DNA of 60,000 nt from Camelus dromedarius (Eukaryota): assembly GCF_036321535.1 (NCBI RefSeq), contig NC_087436.1, positions 46,998,001 to 47,058,000 of the forward strand, written 5' to 3'. Position numbers and translations under genes: made by a program. Numbering within the stretch: the first letter of the stretch is position 1; the number at the start of each line of letters is the position of its first letter. The notes below the pieces were generated by a model. The model was given only the letters and a program-made list of their open reading frames with translations, was not told where the DNA came from and did not search any database. Below, piece by piece: positions 48,111-60,000 of the stretch.

Positions 48111-48244
48111 GAAAGCATCCAGATGGAGGCCTCTACAACAAGGGACCCTCTTACTCGAGTTATTCAGGGTACATAATGATGCCAAATATGAATAATGACC
48201 CATACATGTCAAATGGATCTCTTTCTCCACCCATCCCGAGAACA
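48111..48244 (+). CDS. LEF1: LEF1 coding exon 3 (GKHPDGGLYNKGPSYSSYSGYIMMPNMNNDPYMSNGSLSPPIPRT)
   Basis: ttctctcag|GAAAG...AGAACA|gtgagt; 134 nt. Exons 1-3 total 414 nt = 138 codons in frame. Confidence 0.98.
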
Positions 48245-51200
48245 GTGAGTAACATGCTGATGTTGCAAATTATTTTCAGAAGTGCAAATTAACTTATATT
48301 TTGGCAAAAATGTTTGTTTTTTTAAACACACTGGAAATGCTTTCATTATATATGTCCGGTCATTGCTACATAAGACCTGCTATGAGGAATGGTTGCCTTA
48401 AAATTATGCTACGTTTGATGTTTTGCACTTGGAATTTTAACTTTTGGCTTATTAGTTAAGATTAATAAAAAACAGATCATGAGCTATGATGAAATCAAAT
48501 GAATTTAAATCAGCAAATTCATGATTTTATGAGTATTTGCTTTCTACTCTGTTGAAAGAGATTGATTTAGTCTTTCAATTAACTAAGTGCTGTATGGCTC
48601 TCACTGCCCATAAGCTGTCTAGAATCAGAACTCCTTTGGCTCGTTTGGAGCTGAATGTTCAGAATGTTACTTCAGCTTTCTAAAGTGTCTCATTTGATTG
48701 TATTAGCTAATGTTTCTTTAAAATCGGTTTGGCGTGGGGTAGGGGAATGAGCTGTTTTTACTTTATTGCGAATTGTTAAGAAAGTATCACCTGAAGATTA
48801 CTCTAATGAAAACTGTTCTTTTTTTTAATCTCGGAGTTCAGTTAATTTTTAAGTTCTAAAAATGCAGTGGCATTGTAACTGCGTTCTGCATTATGCAAAT
48901 GATAACACTATGAAGAATTTTAGATGTTATTTGATGATATTTTCTCTTTTGCTGAGAAGTGGAAACCTCACTTAGGCAGGAAGAAAACATGTAAAGGGTA
49001 ACTTGTGTAGAACATGTGAAGTGTGCTGGTGGTGGAGTTCTCCCCGAGAATCAGCTCTTTGAAGGTGGTAATGGAGTTCTACTGATCCGTCAATATATTT
49101 ACCTTTCTGGCCTCAGTCTCCCACCACCACGCAAACCCCAATGAAAAACTCATACGTTTGGGCCTTGGAGGTGAGGATTTCCGTCTAACTGGCCCTCCTG
49201 GGAGTTGAATCTAGGATTATAGGATGGAATTTGTAGTCCTTGCCATATTTGCCCAGAGCTTCTACCAAGTGATAAAAATCAGTCACAGATGTTTGGGCAC
49301 GTACTGTTGTTAATGCCTCAGTGAACAGAATGTGGGAGCAAGATGCTCCAAGTAGCAGAGAGGAGTAGCTCCCAGTCAGTCATCAGCAAACAGTATCTGT
49401 GGTTATCTTGATTATCTGTGGTTCTCAACTGTTGAAGTGATAGGTCTATGAAGTAAAACCACTTTAAGTGGGCACTCTGATTTAGAAGTTATCGTAATTT
49501 TTTCCCACAAATTTTGGAAAGATGTTTGACCTTTCAGGTAGGGGATAAGATTTTTCTAATTTTCACATAACAGCTAACGTGGAGATCTTGGAAGTCTTGT
49601 GATGGTTGTTATAGGAAGTAGCGATTTCACATTATATTTTAAAAGGCTTTTCAAATATTTAATGATAGAAATGTCTGTGTGGTATGTATGAATCTCTTAC
49701 CTAAAAAGTGGATGAACTAGTAAGAGCAAATATAGATTAATATTTAGAGACCACCCAAATAAATGCTTCTGAGTTTTCAAATGTGTAGGAGACTTTATAT
49801 CTGTTTGAATTAAACATGCGTACATATCAGGTATTTCTTTTAAGTTGGGCTGTTTTTGTTTTGCTGGTATTTTGGAGTAGATACGTCTTAGACAAGGAAT
49901 AATTGAAGATTTCTGCTGAAGGCCTTTTAGAATAACAAAGAATCTTTACAACAAATCAAATTATAATCTCTGACTTTGTAACAACAGAAAATACCGCTAA
50001 GATAATCTTACACTTTTTGGCAGTGTATACAGTTAATGCTTAGTAAGTAATTGTGGAATTTATTCTGTTGTTCAGCTGCTTCTCCTTTCAAAACAATTTT
50101 TAAAAAGTCAATATAATAAAAATCGATTGATATTTGTAAATTATCTCCAAGAATATTGAAAGTTAAGCTTCTCCCTCTTTAAACCAACATTTTCTGCCTT
50201 AGGTCTCTCTAGCCTTTTCTCCCACCCCCCCCCCCCCATTTAAAATTACTAGAATGGAAAGTATTTATTGTTAGTGTACGTATTAAAATTTTGAGGTCAG
50301 TTAGTTGAACAGTCATTCATTGTTTAGGAAAGATCTGTGGCCAGAATAAATGTTGGTGGGTGCAGAGTGGAGGAAAGGGGTGTGGTGAGGAAACAGTTAC
50401 CCTACCCTGTTATCTACTGCTTTGCTTTAGTCTGTTACATTTTAGGCACATTTTCTTGGCAATATTCTGCAGTTTGCACAGTTCCAAAAGCTTTTCAGTT
50501 TTAACCACAAGACTACCTTCAATTTTTTCTTCAAGGGTCCGACCGAAGTGAGTTGCAGTCTTTGGTTTTTAATACCTAACAGCTGTTTTTAATGTGTCTA
50601 AGACCCAAAACACTTTAACCGGAAGGCAGCCTCTCCTCTTCACCCCTAACCACACTTCTGCCTCTTGCTCTAATTTAGCTCTGTCCTTAGCAGGACTGAG
50701 TGTTTGTGTAACTGACATCCACGGTGATAGGTTGCATCTAGGGTGTCAGGAGCAGGGTGACCATTTGTGTTTTGGCCTAGGGTGGGAGCAGGAGCAGTCC
50801 GCCGGCATCCCTGTTACTTGGATTTCCATTCCAAACAACTGCTTGTTTACTGCATCTGCTGCCCTCAGGTGTTAGAATTGAAAAAATATCTGAGGGTGGG
50901 GGAGGGCCCTGCCTGCCCCTTCCCTACACAAAATCTTCTGTTTAGATGCAAGTGCAGGTAATCCAGAGAATACCAGCTGTGGCCAGCTGGCACACACAGA
51001 AATGTTTCTGCTGGTAGCTCGTGGTAACAATTCTATATGCGTTTGCTCTTTTTTAGACGAACACTGACATACGTCTGCACGCACAGCTTTTACCTATGAC
51101 CTGAATAGAGTATTGCCTACACAGGAGAACAGCTTTCGCCAATCAGGCTTTTTTTCTTTTGAAGGGAAATTTTAATTGGCCAATTACATACTTACAGAAA

Positions 51201-52702
51201 TTCTTAGAGGTGTATCTATACCATAAATCTTATAAATGAATGTGTCAGAGAATTTAAAATGAGAATTCTTAGTTCAGATGAATTGGGCCTAAGGAGAAAG
51301 CACCTTTATATAATAATAGCACATTTGGTGTCAGTGTGAATTCTTAAAGTACAGTAAACTGTGGCTTGAATTCTCGTCTTCTTCAAGAGTGAGAAGATGC
51401 AGAAGCCTGTTAAATATTTCAGAGCAGGGGCCCTGGAGAGTTTATTAAAATCATACTCCCAAGACTTTCTTTCTCTGCGTCTTATTTATGAAAATTCTTG
51501 GTGGCCAATGGTTAAGTATTAAAAAAAAAAAAGTAGTTTGTTGCGTCCTGCGCTGGGTGCTGGCACTTGTGTGCTGAATACCGTGTGACAGTGAGCTTGG
51601 CTGGCTTTACATAGTGAAAGTTCCTATTGGCCTCATGCACTGTGGTTATTCATCTTAGGTGTCAAACTTCCATTTGTCCCTCACACAACCCAAATGTTTA
51701 ACACCTCCAAAGTGAAAGATCTCATTTCTCTTCGGCTGCTCGGGGAGGGAGAAGCAGCAGACTTAGCGCAGGAAGCGACTGCAGACATTGCAGCTCGGGT
51801 CCCCCCAACCGCAGTAACACCTGGTCAGAATAGTGCTGCTGCTGACTGCGTTGTTTGTTTCTGTCATCCTTCTGAGGATGGATTTTTAGGTGGGAAAGGA
51901 CAGTTGTTTGTGTTCACATTTCATCTTCCTTTCTTATTTTTAGTAGACGTTGCTATTAAAATGTTTCAAGGGTATTTTTCTTCATTATTTTGAGCAACTC
52001 AAAAAAATATGGTTTTTACCTTAAGGGAATCAAAATTTGGATTTCTGAGGAACGGAATTATGCCTAGTGTAACTTTATCTTAACCTCCCCCCACCCCACC
52101 CATGTTTGTATTTGCTGACAAACAGATAAAATTTGATTTTTGTCACTGCTCACATCTGGAATTAAGAAACGAGTTGGACGTGTCTAATCAGTAAGCTTAC
52201 CCTTATCCAGCTGTCCATCACACTGCTGCATAGCTTTGAAAATAATCACAGGAACAATAATTAATCCAAAGATAGAAGGAGACTATGCTTATTAATTCAT
52301 TCAAGGGTACAGGGAGACTATGGCTTATATTTTAAGTAAAATTTTTAAGGTGGAGTGTCTTTTCACTTTACTGCAAGGAGCTACTTCTTTTGACTTACTG
52401 ATAAATTATTTTAAATTTTCTAATCTAAGTTGTATACTTTTTGAAGCTAAGTATATTAAATTTTCCTCTTTGCCTCAAGTGCAGGAGAATTTAAGTTTTA
52501 GAAGCGTATTCTATCTCAGATTGAATGTGGATGTCAGGAGAATGTGTGGGAAAATTCCTCAGAGCCCCAGACTCTTCTGTTTGATTCATCTTATTTAGTA
52601 CTGCTACAAAGTTGGGAAAGGACCACAGTAAGAATAACTGGGACCAATGACATCCCCTCTTCAGATACCTTAGATATCTTATGACCAAACAGCATCCTAA
52701 TT

Positions 52703-52728
52703 CAAGTGTCCCAAGTGTCCCAAGTGTC
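52703..52728. repeat. 9-bp tandem repeat (CAAGTGTCC)x~3
   Basis: caagtgtcc caagtgtcc caagtgtc. Confidence 0.9.
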
Positions 52729-55700
52729 ATGCTACACGTGACCCTTTAGGAGCTAACATTGCACTTGCATGACTTGTACGGCAGAATTGTGATCTTTATT
52801 CAGATAGGTTTTTTTCGAAATGACCCTAGACATTTCTTGTTCATTCATAAAGACAGAACAACCCAGTTTCACAAAAACAAAGGCAGTTGAGCCAACCTGC
52901 AGAAAATCTTGCTCTTTGAAGTCCCCCTCCCCCTCCCCCCATATAGGTCCTGAATTTGCTCTCATCAACCCCATTATTTTGACCCATTTTGGTCTTGCAA
53001 AGACTTGTGTAATTTTAACAGGACAGAGTAAGGGCCTCACAATTGGATCTGTCTGGACTTGAATTTATCTCACAACCATTCTTCAATAGTATCAACTGAG
53101 AAAATTTTGCAACTTATGAGTCTTGTTTTAAATAATCCTGTTAGTTCCTTGGACGGAAATGTTTTTGGTTTATGTGACTGACATGTTTTTAAGCAATCGG
53201 CTTGTTCCATTCCTCTCTGACTCCTTTACTTACTCATTTGTGTATCATAGACGTGATTGGAATTTTATCAACCTGGTTTTTCTTTGGTTTCGAGATAGAC
53301 TTCAAATTTAAAGAGAAAATATACTAGCACCATCCATGGGCCAGCAGAAAAGCACATATATTTTATTCCCAGGCAAAAGTAGAGCTTGGCATTCTATAGG
53401 TGCTGCTATCATGGGACTGAAGGTTTTTTCAAAAGAAGGTATTCATTTAGAACTTGTATCTTTAAAGTCATTATTTAAGTGATTATGCCAAACTGAGCCA
53501 GTCTGTTGAAAGCTAATACTGTAATAGTCAAGAGACTTAGTACTGCTTTATACTGTCCCAGCAGGTCCTCATACATTTGGAAAAGGCAGCCATTGGACTG
53601 TATTTAAATATTTTTTAAAACATATTTTAGATTGATGATCACTTTTTAAATATTAATTATAACCTTACGAAGTCATAGTATAGGAACTGTAGACTCCATT
53701 ATCAGCTTTTAAGTCATTTTAGGTGTATAAATTAATCCAGTCTCTAAGATTTGGAGGTGCAAAGCCAGAAAATGATCTAGAGACCAACAACAAAAATGGG
53801 GAAGGGGACGGATCGAATTCATCAAAAAGGAGAGTCAGAAGTTGAATGGAGAATGGACAGGGAACAGGGATTGGTAACTCCCAGATTCTGATAATCTAGC
53901 CAATCTAGCTGGGACTGTTTGCAGACTATTATCAGGCTATTCAGAGGACTGTAAAGTCTCTATAAAACAGTACATTTATGCACAAAACCCACTCTAGCTA
54001 AACCTCTAAACCTGCTGAAATTATCCACTTGCTGTTACTCAGCTGCCTTCAATTTGCATGGAGAAAATTGCAAGGGCATTACAGAGCAAACAAGAGTTTA
54101 GGTTACCTGTCCCCTTTCCCCCATCTGTAGGAGAAATATGACTGACAGAGATGTTACTTCACACAGGGTCTAGAAATGTGTTTTTGTAGCTAACCTGGAG
54201 CAAGTATACTCTAAAAAAACTTTTTTTTTTTACTATTGACCATTGTTTCTAGCTATGCCCACAAATAATACTATATGGAACTTGATGACAGTTTTGCAGA
54301 ATCAAGTTTTGATCTTCATCATAGTAATTTATTGTTGATGTTACGTTCACTTTTAAAAAGAGGTCTTTTTTTTTTTTTTTTTTTTACTGCTTTACTCAAC
54401 ATGGAGAAAGGTTGAATGAGGGGTAGGTGGCAGGAAGGCTCTAATATAAAAAGCAAAGTGGCTCTAGTGTAGCTTTAATTTTCTTTTCTTATTGTCAGCT
54501 TCTGAATGAAACAGTTACCAAAACTGTTAAAAGCTGACAAAGATATTTTTATAAGTCCTTTTATTTTTTTGAATCCTGAAAATTTTTGCAATAAAGCCTA
54601 TCAACTGTGGATGATAGTTGATCCTCTGGTCAGTTGATCAGGGACTACTGATGAATTATGAGATAGTTACATATTATGAGTCAGCCTAGCACAGAATAGA
54701 CGCTTCAGTAGATCTGCTGAATAAATAATGTGCTAGAAAATTTTCATATTTGTTTTCTGGATATTTCCAAATGATCTGTGTTTATTAAACCAAATGCGGT
54801 GTGAAAATCAAGATCTGAAAGTGTCTGCTAAATAATCCTTAGTATTTTATTATTTCACTTTTTCTCAGATTTGTTGATCAATGAGCATTAGACCATTGTG
54901 TTTAATGAGGACATCAGTCAGTCCTTACAGAATGTTGTTTCCAAGTAACACCTGAAAATAGTCAACTGGAGAGCTTGCTGCTAGAGTGAAAAGGAATGGG
55001 ATTGGGTCCTCATATGAGGACTGGTCATAAAAAGCACTTACCTCTTACTTAGGTCCTAGAAACCTAATTGAAGAAAAGGAGATGATAGAAATGACTTTTT
55101 CAGAAGGGTGCTTGAGATGGAAATATAATAGTAATAAAAAGAAAACCGTCTTCAATTATGTTTCAGGATCATATGGTTAATGCTTTTTAATTCATTTTTA
55201 TTCTTTCCCAGATAGAAAGGATATTTCTTTTTTCAGTTTAACAGTTGAGGTATTTTAAGATATTAAAAAATTCTGCGTATTCTTTCCAAGTACATGTGGT
55301 AGCATCCGTGCTGACTTTTCTAGGCCAGTGTGTATTGTAAATTGATTACACCCTTCTGCAGTGTGGAGAGCACAATTTTTGAGTTTTTATTAGGTGGAGG
55401 TAGGCACCTGTAAGCCCTGTGAAGGCTGAGCCTGTGGGGGAGGAAAGTCCTGGGGAAGATGTCCAAAGATCTGGAATCTAGTCCCACGTCCATGACTCGC
55501 CTCCAAAGCCTTGGGAAGGCATTAAACCTCTATCAGCCTTTGTTTTCTCATTTACTATGAGGCATGTTAATATCTGGCTTACCTACCTAATATGATTGAT
55601 GTGAAATTCAGATGGCACAAAGCCTGTGAAAGCACTAAGTTTTCTAGATTAAAGGAGCAGAGCAGGAGTCTCAGATGTTGCAAGCCAGTGTCCTGGTCCC

Positions 55701-57345
55701 CACCTGGTCGGAATTCTGTCACAGGAGGGGCTTGGCTGTACCCTGGAAGCTCCTGAGAAAGGGAGGAGTTTTGGGGTCTTACCGTGCCACCATGCTAACC
55801 TGGAATTTGGACCCTGTGTGAAGGCCTTACATTAACCTTCAGAAAATATTTGCATCAGTAAAAGTTTTGGGAATTGTCACTATGTCCTTTATAGAGATAG
55901 CTTTCTTCTCTTGGGCTCTTTTTTCTCTCCCAGTTGTTAGGAGACCACCTGGTTTCCTCTTTAGCTCTCTTGTCCTCTACTAAAAGAATGATGTGTGTGA
56001 GGGAACAGATTTCTAAATTTCAGATTTGTTAAAAATCTCATATCCTTCTAATATTTGATATGAAATTGCCAGGTAACTCTTAACTCCTTGGATGGGGGTA
56101 AGAATCAGTTTTTATTTAGGAGACTCTTTTTTCCTTCATTCTTTAGGAGCTGGGTTTCTTCTCACTGCAAACATTATACCGAGAGGAGATTTAAGAGCCC
56201 TGTGGGTGTAGAGGACAACAGGCGAGTTATTTTTCCCCCATCGAATTTTCTTCTGACTCAAATCTTTCCAGCTTTCCTGGCACCTAAAAAAATCAGGTCC
56301 AAGGGGATATTTTGTCCAGGCAGCAAGGAGAAATCAGTGTTTTTCTAGTCTCATTGGAAAATTCCAGCTTTCATCCTTTGAAGACCTTTTTCTCTCAAAA
56401 AAACTCAGTGAATCTTAAGTATATTTCAATGTGGAGTTAGCTTTCTTGGAACAGAATTCTTCAATTTTAAATATCATATACTAACCCTTGTAATAATTAT
56501 GAACACATATCATCTTGGCACATTAGTTCATATGACTTGGATCAAGGAAGAAAGGTACTGTGATCTTAACTGTGTTAACCTTTGTCTTAGACTTCAGCAG
56601 TTAGATTTCTTAACGTCTGAAACAAAAACAAAGCTACCAAAGTAAAAAATGTTTATTGTTTACTACACCTAGGCTAACCGGTTAAATCGCCAGCAGGAAA
56701 AGAATCAAGTCTCCCAGACATTGCTTGAATTGCTTTTTGCTTTTTTTTTTTTTTTCTTTTTGATATATGTTAAAAGTTTAAAATGAAAATTCAAGAAAAA
56801 TTTTTGAAAGGGAAAACAATTAACTTTCTTTTTCTAATTACTATCATGTGCCAGATACTGTGTTAGGCATTTTACATGAGTGGAAACTGTGAATAGGTGT
56901 TGTAATCTCCTGTGTGGAAGACAAGGGGCCCGTCCTCGGGGACAGCAGTAACCTGATTCAGTTTAGTAAGTGGTAGAGTTACTGCCCTTCCTAAGGTCTA
57001 AAAAGTTGTTTATTTTCATTTAAAATAACCATATTTGCCTTTCAGAACATAAAATACTTATTAAATTAATCATAATGTTGATTAAAATGTAAAGCACAAA
57101 AGTAATTTTTATTTTGAAGAGTTTTTTTGGCAGTTTCTTTTCAATAATGCCTAACTATTTTTATGAAAATAAAAAGAACTAATACTTTCATTTAAAAAGC
57201 AATACATGTTCACCAGAAAACTCAGATGAGCAAAAAGAATAATATTCAGTTCCCAGGAGCCTGCTGTCAGAGATGACCACTCTTAAAATTTGCCATGCAG
57301 CCTTTTAGACTTCTTCCTGTGCACATTTAGAAATACACACACACA

Positions 57346-57501
57346 GATGGAGGTTACAGCTCAATGGTAGAGTGCCTGCTCAGCATGCACAAGGTCCCTG
57401 GGTTCATCCCCAGTCCCTCCACTAAAAAGTAAATAAATAATAAATAAACCTAATTACCTCCACCCCAAAAAGAAAAAAATTGAAAACAAAACAAAATAAC
57501 C
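57346..57501 (+). mobile_element. tRNA-Ala-derived SINE (camelid vic-1 type) with target-site duplication
   Basis: ggaggttacagctcaatggtagagtgcctgctcagcatgcacaaggtccctgggttcatccccagtccctcca, then A-rich tail with aacctaattacctcc. TSD agaaatacacaca at 57329-57341 and 57502-57514. Confidence 0.9.
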
Positions 57502-58709
57502 AGAAATACACACATGCATTCATAAATAAATGTCATACATTCTTGGCAATGGGAACATAATATACCATTTTTGTACTTCTTTTTCCCAGCATATGCAGTA
57601 GATAATCTTTTTTACTCTTCTGTAACATCATTCTTATTGATGGCCTAATTTATTTAATCAGTCTTTTCTTGGTGAGACATTTAGATGGTGTCACCTTTTT
57701 TCTCTATCTTAAGCAATATTGTGATAGAATGCATATTTTCTAAGTCTGTACAAATTCTGTTTCTTTGGAGTACATTGCTAGAAGTGGAATTGTAGAGTCA
57801 AAGGCAGTTCACCTTTTTAAGGTGGGATTAATCCAACATTGCAATTTAACCTTAAAAAATTTTATTTAAGGTCAGTGTTTAAAGATATTACTTGTTTACA
57901 TTCACATTTGCTTATGGTTGGTGTTTTGAGGCTGATCATTTTGATGCCTTCCTCCAGTAAAGAAATTAGTCCAGGATGGATAAGAAGTCAGACACATGGG
58001 GAGCAGAATATCAGCTTAATTTTTTTTAATCGAAGCAGCTTAATTATTATTAAAGCTGGATTGGAGAATGTGACTTGAACCATGACACAAATTTGGACTT
58101 CTTTAGACTTCCCCAAATGGAACACACCACTAAGTCATCCAATAAGGGCAAGGAACTTCACCTCCTGTAGAACTGGAGATGAGAACAAACCCATGTTCAG
58201 GCAAGCTGGCCCCAAGAGAGAACAAAGGGTCAGTCTGCCCTTGCTCAATTCCTTCTCCAAATCTCCAGAGATGAGCTGCTCTTCCTTGTGGAATGTGAAG
58301 AAAGGGGTGGGAGAGACAAAGACTGTAGCCACTGCCAAGAGAGCAGCTCCTACTTTATTGGCCAAGCCAAGGAGGAGGGGAGAAGGAGAGCATGGTTACC
58401 TCCTTAGTCATAATCCTTGCTCAGAGTGATCAGACCGTGGGCCAAGGACAGTAATAGTACAATACGTGCCTGATTATGATGGAAGTTGCAGCAGAGCCCT
58501 GCTGTTAGGGCCAGAAGATCTAGATCTCAGTGTCTGCTGCTGACCAGCTACAGCCAGTTACCTACTCTCTGAACCCTGGTTTCTTCGCCTGTAGCATAGA
58601 CTGCCATCTCTTCTGCTTACAAATACACGGTACTCTGCATTAGTAGTGGTGTTTCTGGAAGGGGGACCAACTGCATCTGAACTTACTGGTGTTCTTGTTA
58701 AAAATCGCC

Positions 58710-58980
58710 CTTAAAGATCCAGACTAAACTGTACTTCCTCCATGAAGCTCCTCCTGATTCCACCACCAGCTAAGACTAAGTGCTCTTGCCTGTGGGTTCC
58801 CTCAGGACCTTTTTCATAACTGTTTCTACATCTTATAATAGTTGGTTCTCCGTGTCTGTTTGTCTCACTAGCTGTTAGTTCCTTTAGGATAGGAAGCTTG
58901 TCTTACTCATCTCTATTGCCCAGAACCTGTTATACTGCCTGGCATAGGGCAAGTTATTCCACATATATTTGTGGGATAAA
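58710..58980 (+). mobile_element. L2 LINE 3' fragment
   Basis: cttcctccatgaagctcctcctga ... tgcctggcatagggcaag ... atatttgt. Confidence 0.6.
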
Positions 58981-59164
58981 TAGAGCAGAAGTTTTAAAAC
59001 TTCACTAATGTAGGGCAGTAACACCGCATATCAATCTATATTTAAATAGAGACTCTAAAAAAATATATATACTAATGCAGAATCACAAACTTGAAACTGA
59101 GCTTAGAAATTGTCTAAGCATTAAGTATAGTCCATGGACTAAATATTAGCTATTATTTTGAGTA

Positions 59165-59300
59165 CTTAGTATATGCCAGGACTTATTCTAAGCACTTTAT
59201 ATGCATTAATGCATGTAATCCTCACAATAACCCAATGATATCCCCAATATCCCTGTTTTACAGATGAGGAGACTGAGGTATAAAGAGGGTTGAGAAACTG
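59165..59300 (-). mobile_element. MIR SINE
   Basis: aatcctcacaataaccc ... ttttacagatgaggagactgaggtataaagagggtt. Confidence 0.8.
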
Positions 59301-60000
59301 AGACATAGGGAGTGTAGAAATGGTTAAGGACCACTGTAAAACCAGACCAAGAAGTGCTCGGTCAGATACTGTAGGTAATTTGCTTGGATCACACACTGGT
59401 AAGTAGTGGTGCCATGCTTGGACCAGGCCTTGATACCCACTGCAGGGTGCTTTCTGCAGCTTGTTTTCACTGCCATCACTGGCACACAGAAGATGCTCAA
59501 TGATTGTTGAATCAGTGAATTTTTCATCAGGAAGATATGAATGATTCTTAACTATAGGGCTTTTGTGAGTATAAAATAAGATAGTATATGATTTTATAAA
59601 TGTCTTTAACATTATTTTAGTAGCAATAGGTATGGTGTTAGCAGAGAACATGGGATTCAAAGGCAACAAGTTAGATACAGTTGGGGGGGTTAGAAGAGGG
59701 GGGAACATGTGGAAAAGATGGTGAAAGCTCTAGCCTGATGATGAGGGGAAAGTATTGGTAGAAATAATGAATTTAGAAAGAGGAGCAAGTTTTAGGACAG
59801 ACATTTATGAGTTTGGCTTAAGGACCAGCCTATGTTTTCTCTTTTATCTTAAGAAAACAAAAAAATTAACCAAAATTAACTAATATCTGAAATGAGACAT
59901 TTTACATTATGGACATCGTTTCAGTCCATAATTTATTTAAGTCAGCCATGCCTCACAAAATCACTTCACTTACCTCTGAAAGCTGCCTGGACCTTGATTA

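Larger units (their letters stand above)
48245..60000 (+). other. LEF1: LEF1 intron 3 (partial; continues beyond the window)
   Basis: Begins gtgagt after exon 3. No exon 4 sequence recognised in the remaining 11.7 kb. Confidence 0.9.

Noticed and set aside
57346..57421. tRNA-Ala-like sequences (also 31441-31520)
   Set aside because: Diverged stems, SINE tail and TSD show these are SINE heads, not functional tRNA genes.
59166..59708. 180-aa minus-strand ORF
   Set aside because: Overlaps MIR/L2 remnants in intron 3; chance ORF.

Overview
Mammalian genomic DNA, very likely a camelid (two tRNA-Ala-derived vic-1-type SINEs and a camelid-type L1 3' end). The window holds the 5' end of LEF1 on the + strand: promoter and CpG islands (~38.1-45.3 kb), a ~1.25 kb GC-rich 5' leader, and coding exons 1-3 (43935-44147, 46613-46679, 48111-48244; 138 codons including the beta-catenin-binding domain). 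Intron 3 runs past the window end. The first ~37 kb is non-coding and rich in old repeats (MIR, L2, L1, MaLR/ERV LTRs, MER82, hAT elements). No other protein-coding gene is supported, and I see no wholly new gene system. The best leads are layers of LEF1 regulation: (1) a 9-nt 'MAG' alternative first coding exon in intron 1 and the intron-2 promoter, both giving isoforms without the beta-catenin domain; (2) a single 17-codon uORF in the leader; (3) a consensus 139-nt minus-strand exon ~24 kb upstream plus antisense donors, a candidate LEF1-AS1 orthologue; (4) a MER41-like solo LTR with an intact STAT (GAS) site ~6 kb upstream; (5) a TCF site flanked by helper motifs at the upstream CpG island; (6) inverted Z-DNA-prone microsatellites bracketing the TSS. 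Repeat family names and human comparisons are from memory and need computational confirmation.
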